Below, one piece after another: positions 1-9,881 of a stretch of DNA of 64,000 bases. The notes under the pieces are model-generated. The model searched no databases. It was not told where the DNA came from and was given only the letters and a program-made list of their open reading frames with translations. Every line of letters starts with the position of its first letter. Position 1 is the first letter of the stretch. The stretch lies in the NCBI GenBank assembly GCA_963668025.2, contig CAXXTH010000022.1, forward strand, positions 32,001 to 96,000, given 5' to 3'. This DNA is from Candidatus Hydrogenedentota bacterium. GTDB taxonomy: Bacteria; Hydrogenedentota; Hydrogenedentia; Hydrogenedentales; SLHB01. The position numbers were made by a program, and so were the translations under genes.

Positions 1-2
1 TC

Positions 3-113
3 CACGATGGATTCGAGCAGACTTTTGGGGAGCTTGACGCGGAAACCAAGCACGGCATCAGCCACCGCGGCCGGGCATTTGAAAAATTAAAAGCGTACCT
101 TGCCACCTTATAA
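3..113 (+). CDS. rdgB: C-terminal fragment of RdgB/HAM1 non-canonical purine NTP pyrophosphatase (5' end outside window)
   Basis: Manual translation of frame 3: HDGFEQTFGELDAETKHGISHRGRAFEKLKAYLATL*, with the TF(A/G)E...K..ISHRGRA signature of the ITPase family. Not in the ORF track. Confidence 0.88.
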   Translation, partial: HDGFEQTFGELDAETKHGISHRGRAFEKLKAYLATL

Positions 114-165
114 TAGGTTCACGCAGGCTGGCGCGCCCGATACATCATTGGACTGCGCATGTCTA

Positions 166-636
166 TTATAAAATGCGGTGCAGCTTGCTCATGTTGGGCT
201 GTGAACGGCTAATCTTCTGCTCCGACTGAAAGTCATGCGCCACTTGCTGCAACAGATCCAGCGCATTGCGCTTCAAACTGTCAGAAGGCCGCTCGTTCAT
301 GCTGTGGCACAAAAACACCGTCACAATGGCCCGGTGCTCATGCAAACGGCAATGGCATCTCCCCGTTTTACGCCATTCACTCGGGCAATGGCACTGGATT
401 CCCGCCACAGGCGCAATGCCTTCCATGGGAAGCAACATGGCGGTTGCTTCTGGAAAACGGTGGCAAAAGCGTTCGAGGACGGGAGGGAGATGCTCGATGT
501 CCACGAGCATCGAACGCTGTTCTTTCACGCCATCCGGATAAAAGGTGACTTCCGCGTGCGGCTCTTTGAAGTGAGCACGGAACGCCTGGCACAAATAGAC
601 AATGGCCTTCGGTGCATCTTGAAACCGTTCGATCAT
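166..636 (-). CDS. Hypothetical protein, 156 aa, two CHC motifs
   Basis: ORF with AGGAGG Shine-Dalgarno upstream of the ATG. No family recognised. Confidence 0.55.
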   Translation of the reverse strand: MIERFQDAPKAIVYLCQAFRAHFKEPHAEVTFYPDGVKEQRSMLVDIEHLPPVLERFCHRFPEATAMLLPMEGIAPVAGIQCHCPSEWRKTGRCHCRLHEHRAIVTVFLCHSMNERPSDSLKRNALDLLQQVAHDFQSEQKISRSQPNMSKLHRIL

Positions 637-828
637 GCCCGCGCCCTCCTTGAGGATATGCGACCGCTTCCCAGGCTCTCCGCCGCCCAGATTTCATCTC
701 TTTCGCACAAATTATACTGTAGAAGCCCGTCCGCTGCAATAGAAAGAAAACCTGTTTGCAAACAGGCTGACGTGAGCATTGCCCACAACCCAATGGAACG
801 GCATAACGCTGTTCATTCTCGTTTACCG

Positions 829-935
829 TTGCGTGCTTGGCGGCTTTGCGTGCGTATAAATTGTTGGGCGTACTGGTGGTAGTCGCGTGTAAATCCATAA
901 TAATGTATTTCACGCAAAGCCACGAAGCCGCAAAG
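829..935. repeat. Imperfect inverted repeat pair (short dispersed repeat)
   Basis: 829-852 ttgcgtgcttggcggctttgcgtg is the near reverse complement of 911-935 cacgcaaagccacgaagccgcaaag (11 bp perfect core). Confidence 0.6.
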
Positions 936-1225
936 AATACAAGGTTAAACGCATGGCATACCAGCAATCAAAAAGCTGGATTTTGAGGCCATCTTTTACA
1001 GGCGCGAGGACGTTGACCACCGTACAATGGAACGCCATGAATCTGACGATTTTCGCAGCCGCTAAACTATTGTAAAAAAGTTACTTGCGTCTGTAGGCGA
1101 AAAAACTTTTTTCGTTTTCTTATAGAAGCAGGAGTGTAAGGTACTGATTGACTTGCCTGCGGAGTGAAGAGATAATGAGGCGCACCCGCAGGATAGAAAA
1201 GGCCATTTTGGCGCTAGGAGCCTGT

Positions 1226-1855
1226 ATGAAACGCCATTACATCGCGATTGCCATCATTCTACTGGCCATCGGAAGCGCCCAGGCCGCGTTGCGCGCTCAA
1301 CAAGCCCGCGCGGGCATGTCGGCCATGCCAGAATCCATCAGTCAAATACCAAGCCAAATAGGAGATTTCCGGCAGCTTGGCGCTGATGAAGGTGTGGATG
1401 AACACACTAAGGCGTATCTGGAGACCAGCTCCATATTGATTCGTAACTATGTGAACAGCAAAGGCTGGCCTGTTCAGCTTACCATTGTGTATGCAGGCTC
1501 CACCCGGCGCAGCCTGCATTTTCCCGAGGTATGCCTTGTGGGCGAAGGCAATGAGATCCGCGAACAAACGGTGATGCCGGTCGGATTCCTATTCGACGCC
1601 AAACGCCTTGTACTGTCCAATAGCGAAAACCAGCAAGCCGTTCTATATTGGTTCAAAACAGGCGAAACCATGACCGGCAATTACTTTTTGAATGCCCTCT
1701 ATTGGGCGCAGGGACAAGTGTTGTTCCAAGCGCCGAACTCGGCCATGATCAAATTGGCCACGATTATTGGCCCAGGAGGGGATGAAGCCGCTTTTCTTAC
1801 CCTTCAAGATTTCGCGCTTAAACTCCAGCCGGTGCTGACGGAGCATGTGCCTTGA
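1226..1855 (+). CDS. epsI: EpsI family (exosortase-associated) periplasmic protein
   Basis: N-terminal TM/signal segment, SLHFPEVCLVGEG motif (LHxPExC), VLYWF motif. ATG at 1226 follows AGGAG; the track start at 1148 is probably too early. Confidence 0.8.
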   Translation: MKRHYIAIAIILLAIGSAQAALRAQQARAGMSAMPESISQIPSQIGDFRQLGADEGVDEHTKAYLETSSILIRNYVNSKGWPVQLTIVYAGSTRRSLHFPEVCLVGEGNEIREQTVMPVGFLFDAKRLVLSNSENQQAVLYWFKTGETMTGNYFLNALYWAQGQVLFQAPNSAMIKLATIIGPGGDEAAFLTLQDFALKLQPVLTEHVP

Positions 1856-2004
1856 TATGGATTTCGCGGGCCGTGAAATCACTGCTATCGTTAGCCGAAG
1901 CACATCATGTATCTAGTCATGCTGTGTTTTTATGGTTCATCAAAATCGGTGTTCATCTATCATCCGTGGATCAAAACGCATAGAGATATGGAGACATTTC
2001 GATT

Positions 2005-4533
2005 ATGACTAGAAGAGGGCGTGTGCTGGCGGGCCGTATGGCCGCATTGGCCATTTTAGCCGCCCTCGGGGCGTCTATCCTGGCCTCGATAAATAACAAT
2101 CCCGCGCCTACGGCGGAAGCCATTGCTCCCGCGGCCGCTGCTCCCCCAAAAAGCGAACAAGCCGAACCAATCGCAGCCGCCTCCCCGGAAAAAACTCCAC
2201 CTGTTGAACCGTCCCAGCCTCCCTCCAAAGCGCGTGACGCCATCGAAGGCACGCCAGAAGCCCGCGTCCTTATCAGCGAGGATACGCTCGTGCCCCAAGT
2301 GAAGCGGCTGGGGATAAATTTTGCCAATTACGAGCGATGGGGCGCAGGTAATTTTACAAACAACATCCTCTTTGAGCCCGGTTTCGAGGGAAGCCTGTAT
2401 GGCGAAGCGATCCTTGTAGGCAAAGGCGCTACGGCGGAACGCGTCCCTCAAGCGAACTGGTCTGTTTCATGGAACAGTGATAAATCCGGCATTGGACAGC
2501 CCGAAGGATTCTGGGATGGCGCTTCTTATGAATTCGCCACCGGGCCTGCCCGAGGCAGGCGGGGAACCGTGCGCTCGTTCAAACTGGAACAGGATCAGAA
2601 TGTTTTCTACCTGGACGGAAGCGGCCCTGCTCCGGAAGAGCAGGACGTCTTGCTCATTCGCAGGAATGGCCCCAGCGAAGACCCAGATAACAGCGGCCCG
2701 CCGCGTCCAGGAAGCCCTGGCGCTCAATCACGCCATTTACGGTACGCGGGGCAGCCATGGGAGCCTGCGTATAGCAAGCTCACGGATGCCATGAGCCGTT
2801 CGGATGCCTCGGCAGGAAAACTATTTCCTATCCGGGGAAAATGGAGGGTAAGCTTCTGGGCCAAAGGCAAAGGCCCCGGCACGAAACTCCAGGCGCAGTT
2901 CTTGCGGCAATCTAAAGAATTCCCGCCATTTCTGGACAAAAGCATCACACTTGAAGAAGACTGGAAGGAATACCAATGGGAATTCGCGGCGCCTGATTCC
3001 CGAGATGCTCCCGGAGGGAAAGCATCGGCCTTGGCGTTCTTATTGACGTTGCCGGAAGAAGGCGCGGAGGCATGGGTGGATGACGCCGCCATCACGCGTT
3101 TGGATGTGCGCAATCCGACGGCGTTTTCGGACGCCATCGTGGAGCGCTTGAAGGAGTTACGCCCAGGCGTGCTGCGCCATTGGAATGAGCAATTCGGAAG
3201 CACGCTTGACAACGAGCTGGCTGCGCCTTGGGCGCGTAAAGCGACTGGCTTCAGTCCTCAAAAGCGCAAGGCGGAACACTATGGTTTTTCGCTCCATGAG
3301 TTTCTCGAACTCTGCCACTATCTGGACGCTGAACCCTGGTATGCCGTCCCTCCCACGTTCACGCCCGAGGAATGGAGCCAGCTCGCCGCCTATTTGGCTG
3401 CGCCCGCCAGCAGCAAGGAGCCGTATGCCCAGCTTCGGGCAAAACTGGGCCAAGCAGCGCCGTGGACCGATGTGTTTCCCGTGATCCATATCGAATTCGG
3501 CAATGAACTATGGGGAGCCGCCGATGGGCGCGACCCCTTCTTCGGGGCGTCCATGTGCGGGGGCGAACGGCTGGGGGAAGCCGCTGCACGGCGATTCGCC
3601 CTGTTCCGGGAAAGCCCCTATTTCAAGCCGGATTCGTTTGACCTTATCATTGGCGGACAGGCTTCCACGGCCTGGCGGCAGAAGGAGATCGACGACAATA
3701 GCACGGCGCATGACACCATCGCCCTCGCGCCCTATTTCGGAAAACTGGATGAATTCGGCTCCTCCGAAGCCATCTACTATCCCCTATTCGCATCGCCCTT
3801 CCACCAAGTTCAGTCGGGGCCTTTGCGCGAAAGCCAAACACTCCTCGATAAGGCGGGCCGGGGCACGGGCCTCGCGATATATGAGATCAACTTCCATACG
3901 ACCAGCGGAACTGTTCCTTTGCGGATTCGCAACGATTTCGTGGCGGGGGCCGCTGGGGCTTTGGCGCTCCCATTGCATATGCTCACCTACCTGCGCGATT
4001 TTCGCGCGGCCACACAATGCGCCTTTAACACCGTACAGTTCTCCCGCAGTATCGCCAACAATGAAAACGTGCGTTTGTGGGGCATGTTGCGCGACCTCGA
4101 ATCCACCGGGCGAAAACGGCCTACCTGGCTGGGCGTGGAACTGGTGAACCGCGTCTTATCGGGCGCTCTCATTCGCACGGAAGTGCAAGGCGGCCTGCGC
4201 CGCATCCAGCCGCCGCTTAATGGCGTCGAGAAAGAAACCGAGTTCGGCCTCGTCCAAGCGTTTGCTTTCCGGGATAAGGCGCGTTATGGCCTCGTGCTGT
4301 TCAACTTGAGTCTCGATACGCCGCAAAAAATCACTATCGAACTCCCGTCACCGCCGGACGGCTCTGCGGAAATGAACCAAATCGTTCCCGCCTCGCTGAG
4401 CGACACTAATGAAGAACGCGAAACGGTGCGCATCGAGACCCATGCAGTCGAGGGCTTCGGCAGTCCTTATGTGCTCGAAATGCCCCCCCACTCCATTATG
4501 GCGCTGGGATGGCTTGCCAAAACGCCTGCTTGA
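2005..4533 (+). CDS. Secreted clan GH-A glycoside hydrolase (GH51/GH79-like) with CBM-like domain and Pro/Ala linker
   Basis: Signal/anchor then PAAAAPP linker; CBM-like VSFWAKG...WKEY...WVDD; acid/base EFGNELW; nucleophile-like IYEINFH; C-terminal beta-sandwich. Confidence 0.65.
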   Translation: MTRRGRVLAGRMAALAILAALGASILASINNNPAPTAEAIAPAAAAPPKSEQAEPIAAASPEKTPPVEPSQPPSKARDAIEGTPEARVLISEDTLVPQVKRLGINFANYERWGAGNFTNNILFEPGFEGSLYGEAILVGKGATAERVPQANWSVSWNSDKSGIGQPEGFWDGASYEFATGPARGRRGTVRSFKLEQDQNVFYLDGSGPAPEEQDVLLIRRNGPSEDPDNSGPPRPGSPGAQSRHLRYAGQPWEPAYSKLTDAMSRSDASAGKLFPIRGKWRVSFWAKGKGPGTKLQAQFLRQSKEFPPFLDKSITLEEDWKEYQWEFAAPDSRDAPGGKASALAFLLTLPEEGAEAWVDDAAITRLDVRNPTAFSDAIVERLKELRPGVLRHWNEQFGSTLDNELAAPWARKATGFSPQKRKAEHYGFSLHEFLELCHYLDAEPWYAVPPTFTPEEWSQLAAYLAAPASSKEPYAQLRAKLGQAAPWTDVFPVIHIEFGNELWGAADGRDPFFGASMCGGERLGEAAARRFALFRESPYFKPDSFDLIIGGQASTAWRQKEIDDNSTAHDTIALAPYFGKLDEFGSSEAIYYPLFASPFHQVQSGPLRESQTLLDKAGRGTGLAIYEINFHTTSGTVPLRIRNDFVAGAAGALALPLHMLTYLRDFRAATQCAFNTVQFSRSIANNENVRLWGMLRDLESTGRKRPTWLGVELVNRVLSGALIRTEVQGGLRRIQPPLNGVEKETEFGLVQAFAFRDKARYGLVLFNLSLDTPQKITIELPSPPDGSAEMNQIVPASLSDTNEERETVRIETHAVEGFGSPYVLEMPPHSIMALGWLAKTPA

Positions 4534-4568
4534 GAACGCCCGTTATCGCAGGGAGCAAAGGAGGGAGT

Positions 4569-4597
4569 TTGACACGGTAAGCGCTTTCTGCTAGACT
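4569..4597 (+). promoter_or_regulatory. Sigma70-type promoter with LacI-type palindrome in the spacer
   Basis: TTGACA-17 nt-TAGACT with TG extended -10; the spacer contains GTAAGCGCTTTC. Confidence 0.65.
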
Positions 4598-4702
4598 TTA
4601 TTACTATTTTTTACGCATTGCGCCCTCTTGTACAATAACATTTTTTGTGTTAAAGTTGTCCGTGCAAAGCTAGGTGATCACGCCAACAAAGGAGCAAGTC
4701 GC

Positions 4703-5797
4703 ATGTCCAGTCCATTTTCCCTAAGCGTTACACCCCATTGGGAAGGCCTCATTCAATGCATCGAACGCCGTGGCGAGCCTGCCCGCGTGCATTTCATTGA
4801 ACTGTTCCTGGATATCGAGGTACAGGAAGCCATTGCGAAGCGGTTCGGCTTGCATCAGAAGCTAGATCCCAATGACCCCTATTACCATTTAAAACGGCAA
4901 ATAGAGTTGCAAGCGTTTCTGGGCTATGATTTTGTCCGCTGCGGCGTTGAAGGCATCGATCTTCCCTTGCATTATGGGGTGGCGGCCGATACGGCGGGAG
5001 AGGAGATGGCGCGCGGCGGAGGGCGCTCCTTCATAGATGAAAACCGGGGCCCCATCACTTCCTGGGAAGAATTTGAACGGTATCCCTGGCCCGAGCCGAA
5101 GAGTATCAATACACAGAACCTGGAATGGTATGAAAAGAATTTGCCGGACCACATGTGCATCATCGGCAGCGGCGGATTCGCCCACTTCGCCGAGGAGGTG
5201 ACGTGGCTGATGGGGTATACCACATTCTGCATGGCCCTGTATGAACAGCGCGATTTGATTATCGCCATCTATGAGAAATTACTGGAGTTATATAAAGCCT
5301 CCGCCGAGCGCATCCTGGAATTTTCTTGCGTGAAAGCACTTTGGGGCAGTGATGACATGGGCTACCGGGGCGGCCCTCTCATGAGCCCGGCGGACATGCG
5401 GGAGTTTGTGCTGGGAGGCCACAAGCTCATGGCCCAAATGGCCCATGATAAAGGCATGCCGTATTTACTGCATTCGTGCGGCAACCTCGAACTCATCATG
5501 GACGATCTAATCAACGAGGTGAAGATCGACGCCAAGCATTCTTTCGAAGATACTATTGAGCAAGTCACGGAAGTGAAGCATACATATGGCAAAAAAATCG
5601 CCCTGCTGGGAGGCATAGATGTGGATTTCCTCTGCCGCGCCAGTGAGGAAGAAGTGCGCCAGCGGACGCGCAAGACCCTTGAGGCCTGCATGCCCGGCGG
5701 CGGCTATTGCTTGGGCACCGGAAATAGCGTAGCCAATTACATCCCCGTGGACAATTATCTGGCCATGCTGGATGAAGGGCGCAAATATATGGCGTAA
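4703..5797 (+). CDS. Uroporphyrinogen decarboxylase-fold (URO-D/MtaA/CmuA-like) protein
   Basis: GSDDMG, LLHSCGN, LLGGIDV, GGYCLGTGNSV motifs. ATG at 4703 follows AAGGAG. Confidence 0.85.
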   Translation: MSSPFSLSVTPHWEGLIQCIERRGEPARVHFIELFLDIEVQEAIAKRFGLHQKLDPNDPYYHLKRQIELQAFLGYDFVRCGVEGIDLPLHYGVAADTAGEEMARGGGRSFIDENRGPITSWEEFERYPWPEPKSINTQNLEWYEKNLPDHMCIIGSGGFAHFAEEVTWLMGYTTFCMALYEQRDLIIAIYEKLLELYKASAERILEFSCVKALWGSDDMGYRGGPLMSPADMREFVLGGHKLMAQMAHDKGMPYLLHSCGNLELIMDDLINEVKIDAKHSFEDTIEQVTEVKHTYGKKIALLGGIDVDFLCRASEEEVRQRTRKTLEACMPGGGYCLGTGNSVANYIPVDNYLAMLDEGRKYMA

Positions 5798-5801
5798 CGG
5801 C

Positions 5802-7076
5802 CTACGCGGTTTCAATAATGGCTTCGTAGCCCAATTTCTCGATGGCGGCGACGAGGGCGTTTTTATCCACGCCTTCCCCTGCCACGAGGGCTTCTCCTGC
5901 GTCGAGGTTAACTTCCGCGTTCGTGACGCCAGCGCTTTCGCGCAAGGCGCGCCCCACCGCGTTGGCGCAATGGGAACAGGTCATGCCATTAATTCTGAGC
6001 TTTATTGCATGCTCCATTTTCGTTTCCTTTGTTTCGCTGCCTGCCATTTTCTTGCGAGGCCACAAACTGGCGGCCAGCACGGCGAGCAATATAGCGGCCC
6101 AGACGTGTCCCAACCAGGATGCGCCCATCACGTGCGCATGGCCAGCCATATCCATGCCGTGTTCGGGAAAATGCTTAAAAATCGCATCTAGCGATAATCC
6201 CGCGCCTAACGCAGTAAAGGCCACCGTTCCAAGGTAAATGAGCGCAGTCCGCCTGCCCAGCACTTTCCATACGACGGAGATGGTGGCGGCGTTGGTGGCG
6301 GGGCCAGCGATCAAGAAGACCAGCGCCGCGCCAGGCGATGCGCCCATGTGCATGAATCCTAATGCCAGCGGGATGGAGGCCGTGGCGCACACATACAATG
6401 GGATTCCTACGGCCGCCATGGCCAGCATCGCCCATATCCCGCCGCCCAAATAGGGCGCTAAGGCATTTTCACTCACGAAGATCGATATCACGCCTGCTAT
6501 GAGAATGCCCAAAAGCAAGGGCCGGGCAATATCCCTCGGCAACGCCACCAGGCCATAATGGAGCGCCTCTTTGATGAGTTTTAATTTCTGACGGCCGCCG
6601 GAGACGGCGATGTGGCTGCTTGCGGGAGATGCGCTATCTTGCAATTCCTGTTCAGGATCCAACAATGCGGCCATGCCGCCGCCAAGCACGCCCGTGATTA
6701 GCGCCACCACGGGCCGATAAATCGCGAATACCGGGCCTAACAGCGCATAAGTGGCCAACATCGAATCCAAACCGGTTTGCGGCGTCGAGAGCAAAAAAGC
6801 CAGCGTAGCGCCCCGGCTTGCGCCATGGGCGCGAATCGAAGCCGCCACCGGAATCACGCCGCATGAACACAAAGGCAGCGGGACGCCCAGCAAGGCGCTC
6901 TTGAGCACGGGAAGTAGGCCGCGCCCGCCCAGATGGCGCTCCACCCATTCCGGAGAAATGAAAACATACATCACGCCGGAAATGAGAAAACCAAAGAGCA
7001 AATACGGCGCCATTTCGCCCAGCACTTGCCAGCATGCGGCGGCGACGCCTAGTATCAGTTCCATATCCGCCTCCAT
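5802..7076 (-). CDS. SO_0444/ArsP-type (DUF318) heavy-metal permease fused to a C-terminal HMA domain
   Basis: PLPLCSCGVIP and PLYVCATAS motifs, multiple TM helices, C-terminal GMTCSHC. Confidence 0.88.
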   Translation of the reverse strand: MEADMELILGVAAACWQVLGEMAPYLLFGFLISGVMYVFISPEWVERHLGGRGLLPVLKSALLGVPLPLCSCGVIPVAASIRAHGASRGATLAFLLSTPQTGLDSMLATYALLGPVFAIYRPVVALITGVLGGGMAALLDPEQELQDSASPASSHIAVSGGRQKLKLIKEALHYGLVALPRDIARPLLLGILIAGVISIFVSENALAPYLGGGIWAMLAMAAVGIPLYVCATASIPLALGFMHMGASPGAALVFLIAGPATNAATISVVWKVLGRRTALIYLGTVAFTALGAGLSLDAIFKHFPEHGMDMAGHAHVMGASWLGHVWAAILLAVLAASLWPRKKMAGSETKETKMEHAIKLRINGMTCSHCANAVGRALRESAGVTNAEVNLDAGEALVAGEGVDKNALVAAIEKLGYEAIIETA

Positions 7077-7215
7077 TTTAAAGTTTTTGCTTTGTTATAT
7101 ATTCTTTGGCTTATAGATAATAGTTCACTTAATCATACAATTCCCTTAACCGATGGGGATACGCATTGATTCCTCATTCTAAACAACGATAGACTGCCCT
7201 TCACTCTGGAGATCA

Positions 7216-9780
7216 TTGCGCGTGTACAAACCAATCCTAGCATGTATTACGACCATCATGACCTTCTCCATGACGGAAGCAGCGGCGCAGGCGGTGGATG
7301 CACGGCGGGTGATCGTGGCGACGCAAGTGTTGAACGCCATGCATGAAGCCGCAGGCGTGTATGTACAATGTGTCGATATGGATTGCCGCGCACCGCTGCC
7401 CGCGCCCGTGCGCCTGCCAGGAGCATCTAGTCTTGGCCCTTTAATCCCATTGCCTGATCGCCCCTATGTGTTAGCCTTATCCGGAGCGGCACAGCCATCG
7501 AGTGGAGCCATTTCGCCGGAAGACACGGTGCATATATCAAGCTTTTCCATGACGCCTTTTCTGTTCCAACCTGAATCGCACCTTTTGCCGGATACCGAAT
7601 GGTGGCAAGGAGAAGGTGTTTTCATCCGAGGGCCGGAGGACCGGCAATACTTTGTTTGGTTAGGATTTCGGACAGACTCATATGACCGATGGCGGGGGCG
7701 CATCCAGGTGCGTGGCATGGAAAACGCACCCAACTTGCATTTTACCTCACCTGCCATTACATGGCCCATGCCCGGCGCTCCCGTCCATGCCGCAGCGCTT
7801 CCGCGCCCGGGCGCTATAGCGGTATTATGCCGGGAGCCGGAAACATCCAGCTTGCTTGTACATGCCCTTGACGCAGCCTCTGGGGCCGTATTGCTTCCCG
7901 CCTGGACGCCTGAAGCCGGCATGGGCATGCTCGAGCCCGGCGACATCGCCACCAGCGCGGATGGCCGCTATCTCTATATACTGGCTTGCGCCATGCCGGA
8001 CGAAACGTGGGCGTCTTGGCTATATGTGCTGGATGCCTGCAATTTCGCACCCATAGGCGAACCGGTGCGCATGGAAGGACGCACGCAATCAGAAGGGCGC
8101 GCACTGGTTCCCGCCGCTGATGGTTCATGCTGGGTGGCGACCGCTGCGCCTGGCGCGGGCGGCGCGTACGCGAGCCGGGTGGAGGTCTCGGATGAAACCG
8201 TGCAGAAAACGGCTGAATACCCTCTGCTGGATGTAGCCCATCCTATTTGGATTGCGGTTGAGCCAGGGGGGTCCGGCGTGGCCGTGGCCGTGGATCAGCG
8301 GCTCGAAGCATGGCCAGGCGGCGTGCCAAGCACCGTGCAGTATGAATATGCTGCTCCTATTCGCACACTCACATGGACGCATGAAGGGCTTTTCGTAGGC
8401 GAAGCAGGCCGCATCCATCTGGCCGATGGTTTAACGGCAGCGCCGCTCGTGACGGTGCAGCTCCAGACGGGCCATGTGTCAGCTATTTTGCCCGTGCCGC
8501 CCGAAGCGATCGCTCCATCGGGTATGGATGCTCCTATGACATCCACGGAAAACGCCGCTCCCAAACCATTGGGCGCTTCGATTCCGTTAAACCTCCCTCC
8601 CGTGCTCACCTTCCGCGGCGAAGCCGCGGGGCGGGAACGCCGGGAAATACCCCTGGACTGGCCAGCGGATGCGCCCCCTCTCGCATGGAATGCCCGTTAT
8701 GATGAGGCTTCCATGCCATGGCTGCGGATCGAACCACGCACAGGTGCGCTGCCTGGAAAGTTCCAAGTGGAGATTGACCCGCTTCGATATAACGCTCGAT
8801 ACGAGACGCTTCAGGGGATATTGAGCATCGATACGATTCCGCTGGATACTAGCGAATATGGCGCCATACACACGGCGCCGATACTCGTACGCCTCTTGCC
8901 TCCTCGGGGCCAGATTCAACAAGTGCTTTGGGCGATTGGCGCGCCCGAACCCGGCCGTAAAAAACTGGACGCTTTGGCGGGATTTCTAGCTGGGCCGCCT
9001 CTGTATTTCAGCCAATCCACCCAAGCCATGCCAGGTGCGCTTGATCTTGCGGCAGCTTCTGTGTTGGTTCTTGATGCCGCAGCGGCCTCCCGAGGCGCGT
9101 TGACGCGCGCGGCTCTGCTCGATTATGTGGCGGGGGGCGGAGCGCTTCTATTTCTGGGCGGCCCCCTCGAATCCGCCACCTCACGTTCGATTGGCGGATG
9201 GCTCAGCGCCATGGGAATTCAATTGGACACGAGCGTGAGTGTTTCTGGCCAATTCACGACAGATAAAATCCAAGGCCTTGCAGGCGGTTGGAAAGATTTT
9301 TTGATTGACGGCGGGTGCGGCATTCGATTAGCGGATGGCGTAGATGCGGACGCTTTTGTTCCAAAAGGGGGTGAAAATCCGCGTGACGCCATATTTGTGG
9401 CGCTTGCCTATGGGCGGGGCCGCGTGGCCATATTGGCGTCTCCCTCACCGCTCTGCGAGGAAGCTCTTAAAGACGAACCGCATCTGCGGTTCGCTGGCAG
9501 CTTATTCCGATGGCTCGCGGAAGCCCGGGACTCCGTATATGACCTCGATGATGACGGCCTGACGGATACGCGGGAAGACCGTAATGGAAACGGTGTTTTT
9601 GATCCCGGTGAGACCGATCTGCGCTGCTTTGATTCGGATGGGGATGGCATCGCCGATGGCATGGAGGATCGCAATCGGAACGGCCAAGTGGACGAAGGTG
9701 AAACGGATCCTCTGAATGCTGATTCAGACGGCGATGGCGTACAGGATGGTGCGGACGATACGCCGGTGTGCGTCCGATAG
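7216..9780 (+). CDS. Secreted multidomain protein: beta-propeller-like N-terminus, BACON/Ig-like segment, GATase-like domain, C-terminal Ca-binding DxDxDG repeats
   Basis: Signal peptide; DIATSADGRYLY propeller-like motif; YVAGGGALLFLG and YGRGRV motifs; DLDDDGLTD, DSDGDGIAD, DSDGDGVQD repeats. Confidence 0.6.
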   Translation: MRVYKPILACITTIMTFSMTEAAAQAVDARRVIVATQVLNAMHEAAGVYVQCVDMDCRAPLPAPVRLPGASSLGPLIPLPDRPYVLALSGAAQPSSGAISPEDTVHISSFSMTPFLFQPESHLLPDTEWWQGEGVFIRGPEDRQYFVWLGFRTDSYDRWRGRIQVRGMENAPNLHFTSPAITWPMPGAPVHAAALPRPGAIAVLCREPETSSLLVHALDAASGAVLLPAWTPEAGMGMLEPGDIATSADGRYLYILACAMPDETWASWLYVLDACNFAPIGEPVRMEGRTQSEGRALVPAADGSCWVATAAPGAGGAYASRVEVSDETVQKTAEYPLLDVAHPIWIAVEPGGSGVAVAVDQRLEAWPGGVPSTVQYEYAAPIRTLTWTHEGLFVGEAGRIHLADGLTAAPLVTVQLQTGHVSAILPVPPEAIAPSGMDAPMTSTENAAPKPLGASIPLNLPPVLTFRGEAAGRERREIPLDWPADAPPLAWNARYDEASMPWLRIEPRTGALPGKFQVEIDPLRYNARYETLQGILSIDTIPLDTSEYGAIHTAPILVRLLPPRGQIQQVLWAIGAPEPGRKKLDALAGFLAGPPLYFSQSTQAMPGALDLAAASVLVLDAAAASRGALTRAALLDYVAGGGALLFLGGPLESATSRSIGGWLSAMGIQLDTSVSVSGQFTTDKIQGLAGGWKDFLIDGGCGIRLADGVDADAFVPKGGENPRDAIFVALAYGRGRVAILASPSPLCEEALKDEPHLRFAGSLFRWLAEARDSVYDLDDDGLTDTREDRNGNGVFDPGETDLRCFDSDGDGIADGMEDRNRNGQVDEGETDPLNADSDGDGVQDGADDTPVCVR

Positions 9781-9881
9781 GGATTCCCAATCCATCTGGA
9801 GCGCACCCCGCGCCAGCAACATGCCGAGCTGGGGCTTGGTGATGGTGGTCAAATAGCGTATATCTTCTTTGGCCAATTCCT

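Noticed and set aside
4703-5797. hemE (haem biosynthesis)
   Set aside because: Lacks the N-terminal RQAGR motif and has the HxCG signature of the MtaA/CmuA-like branch.
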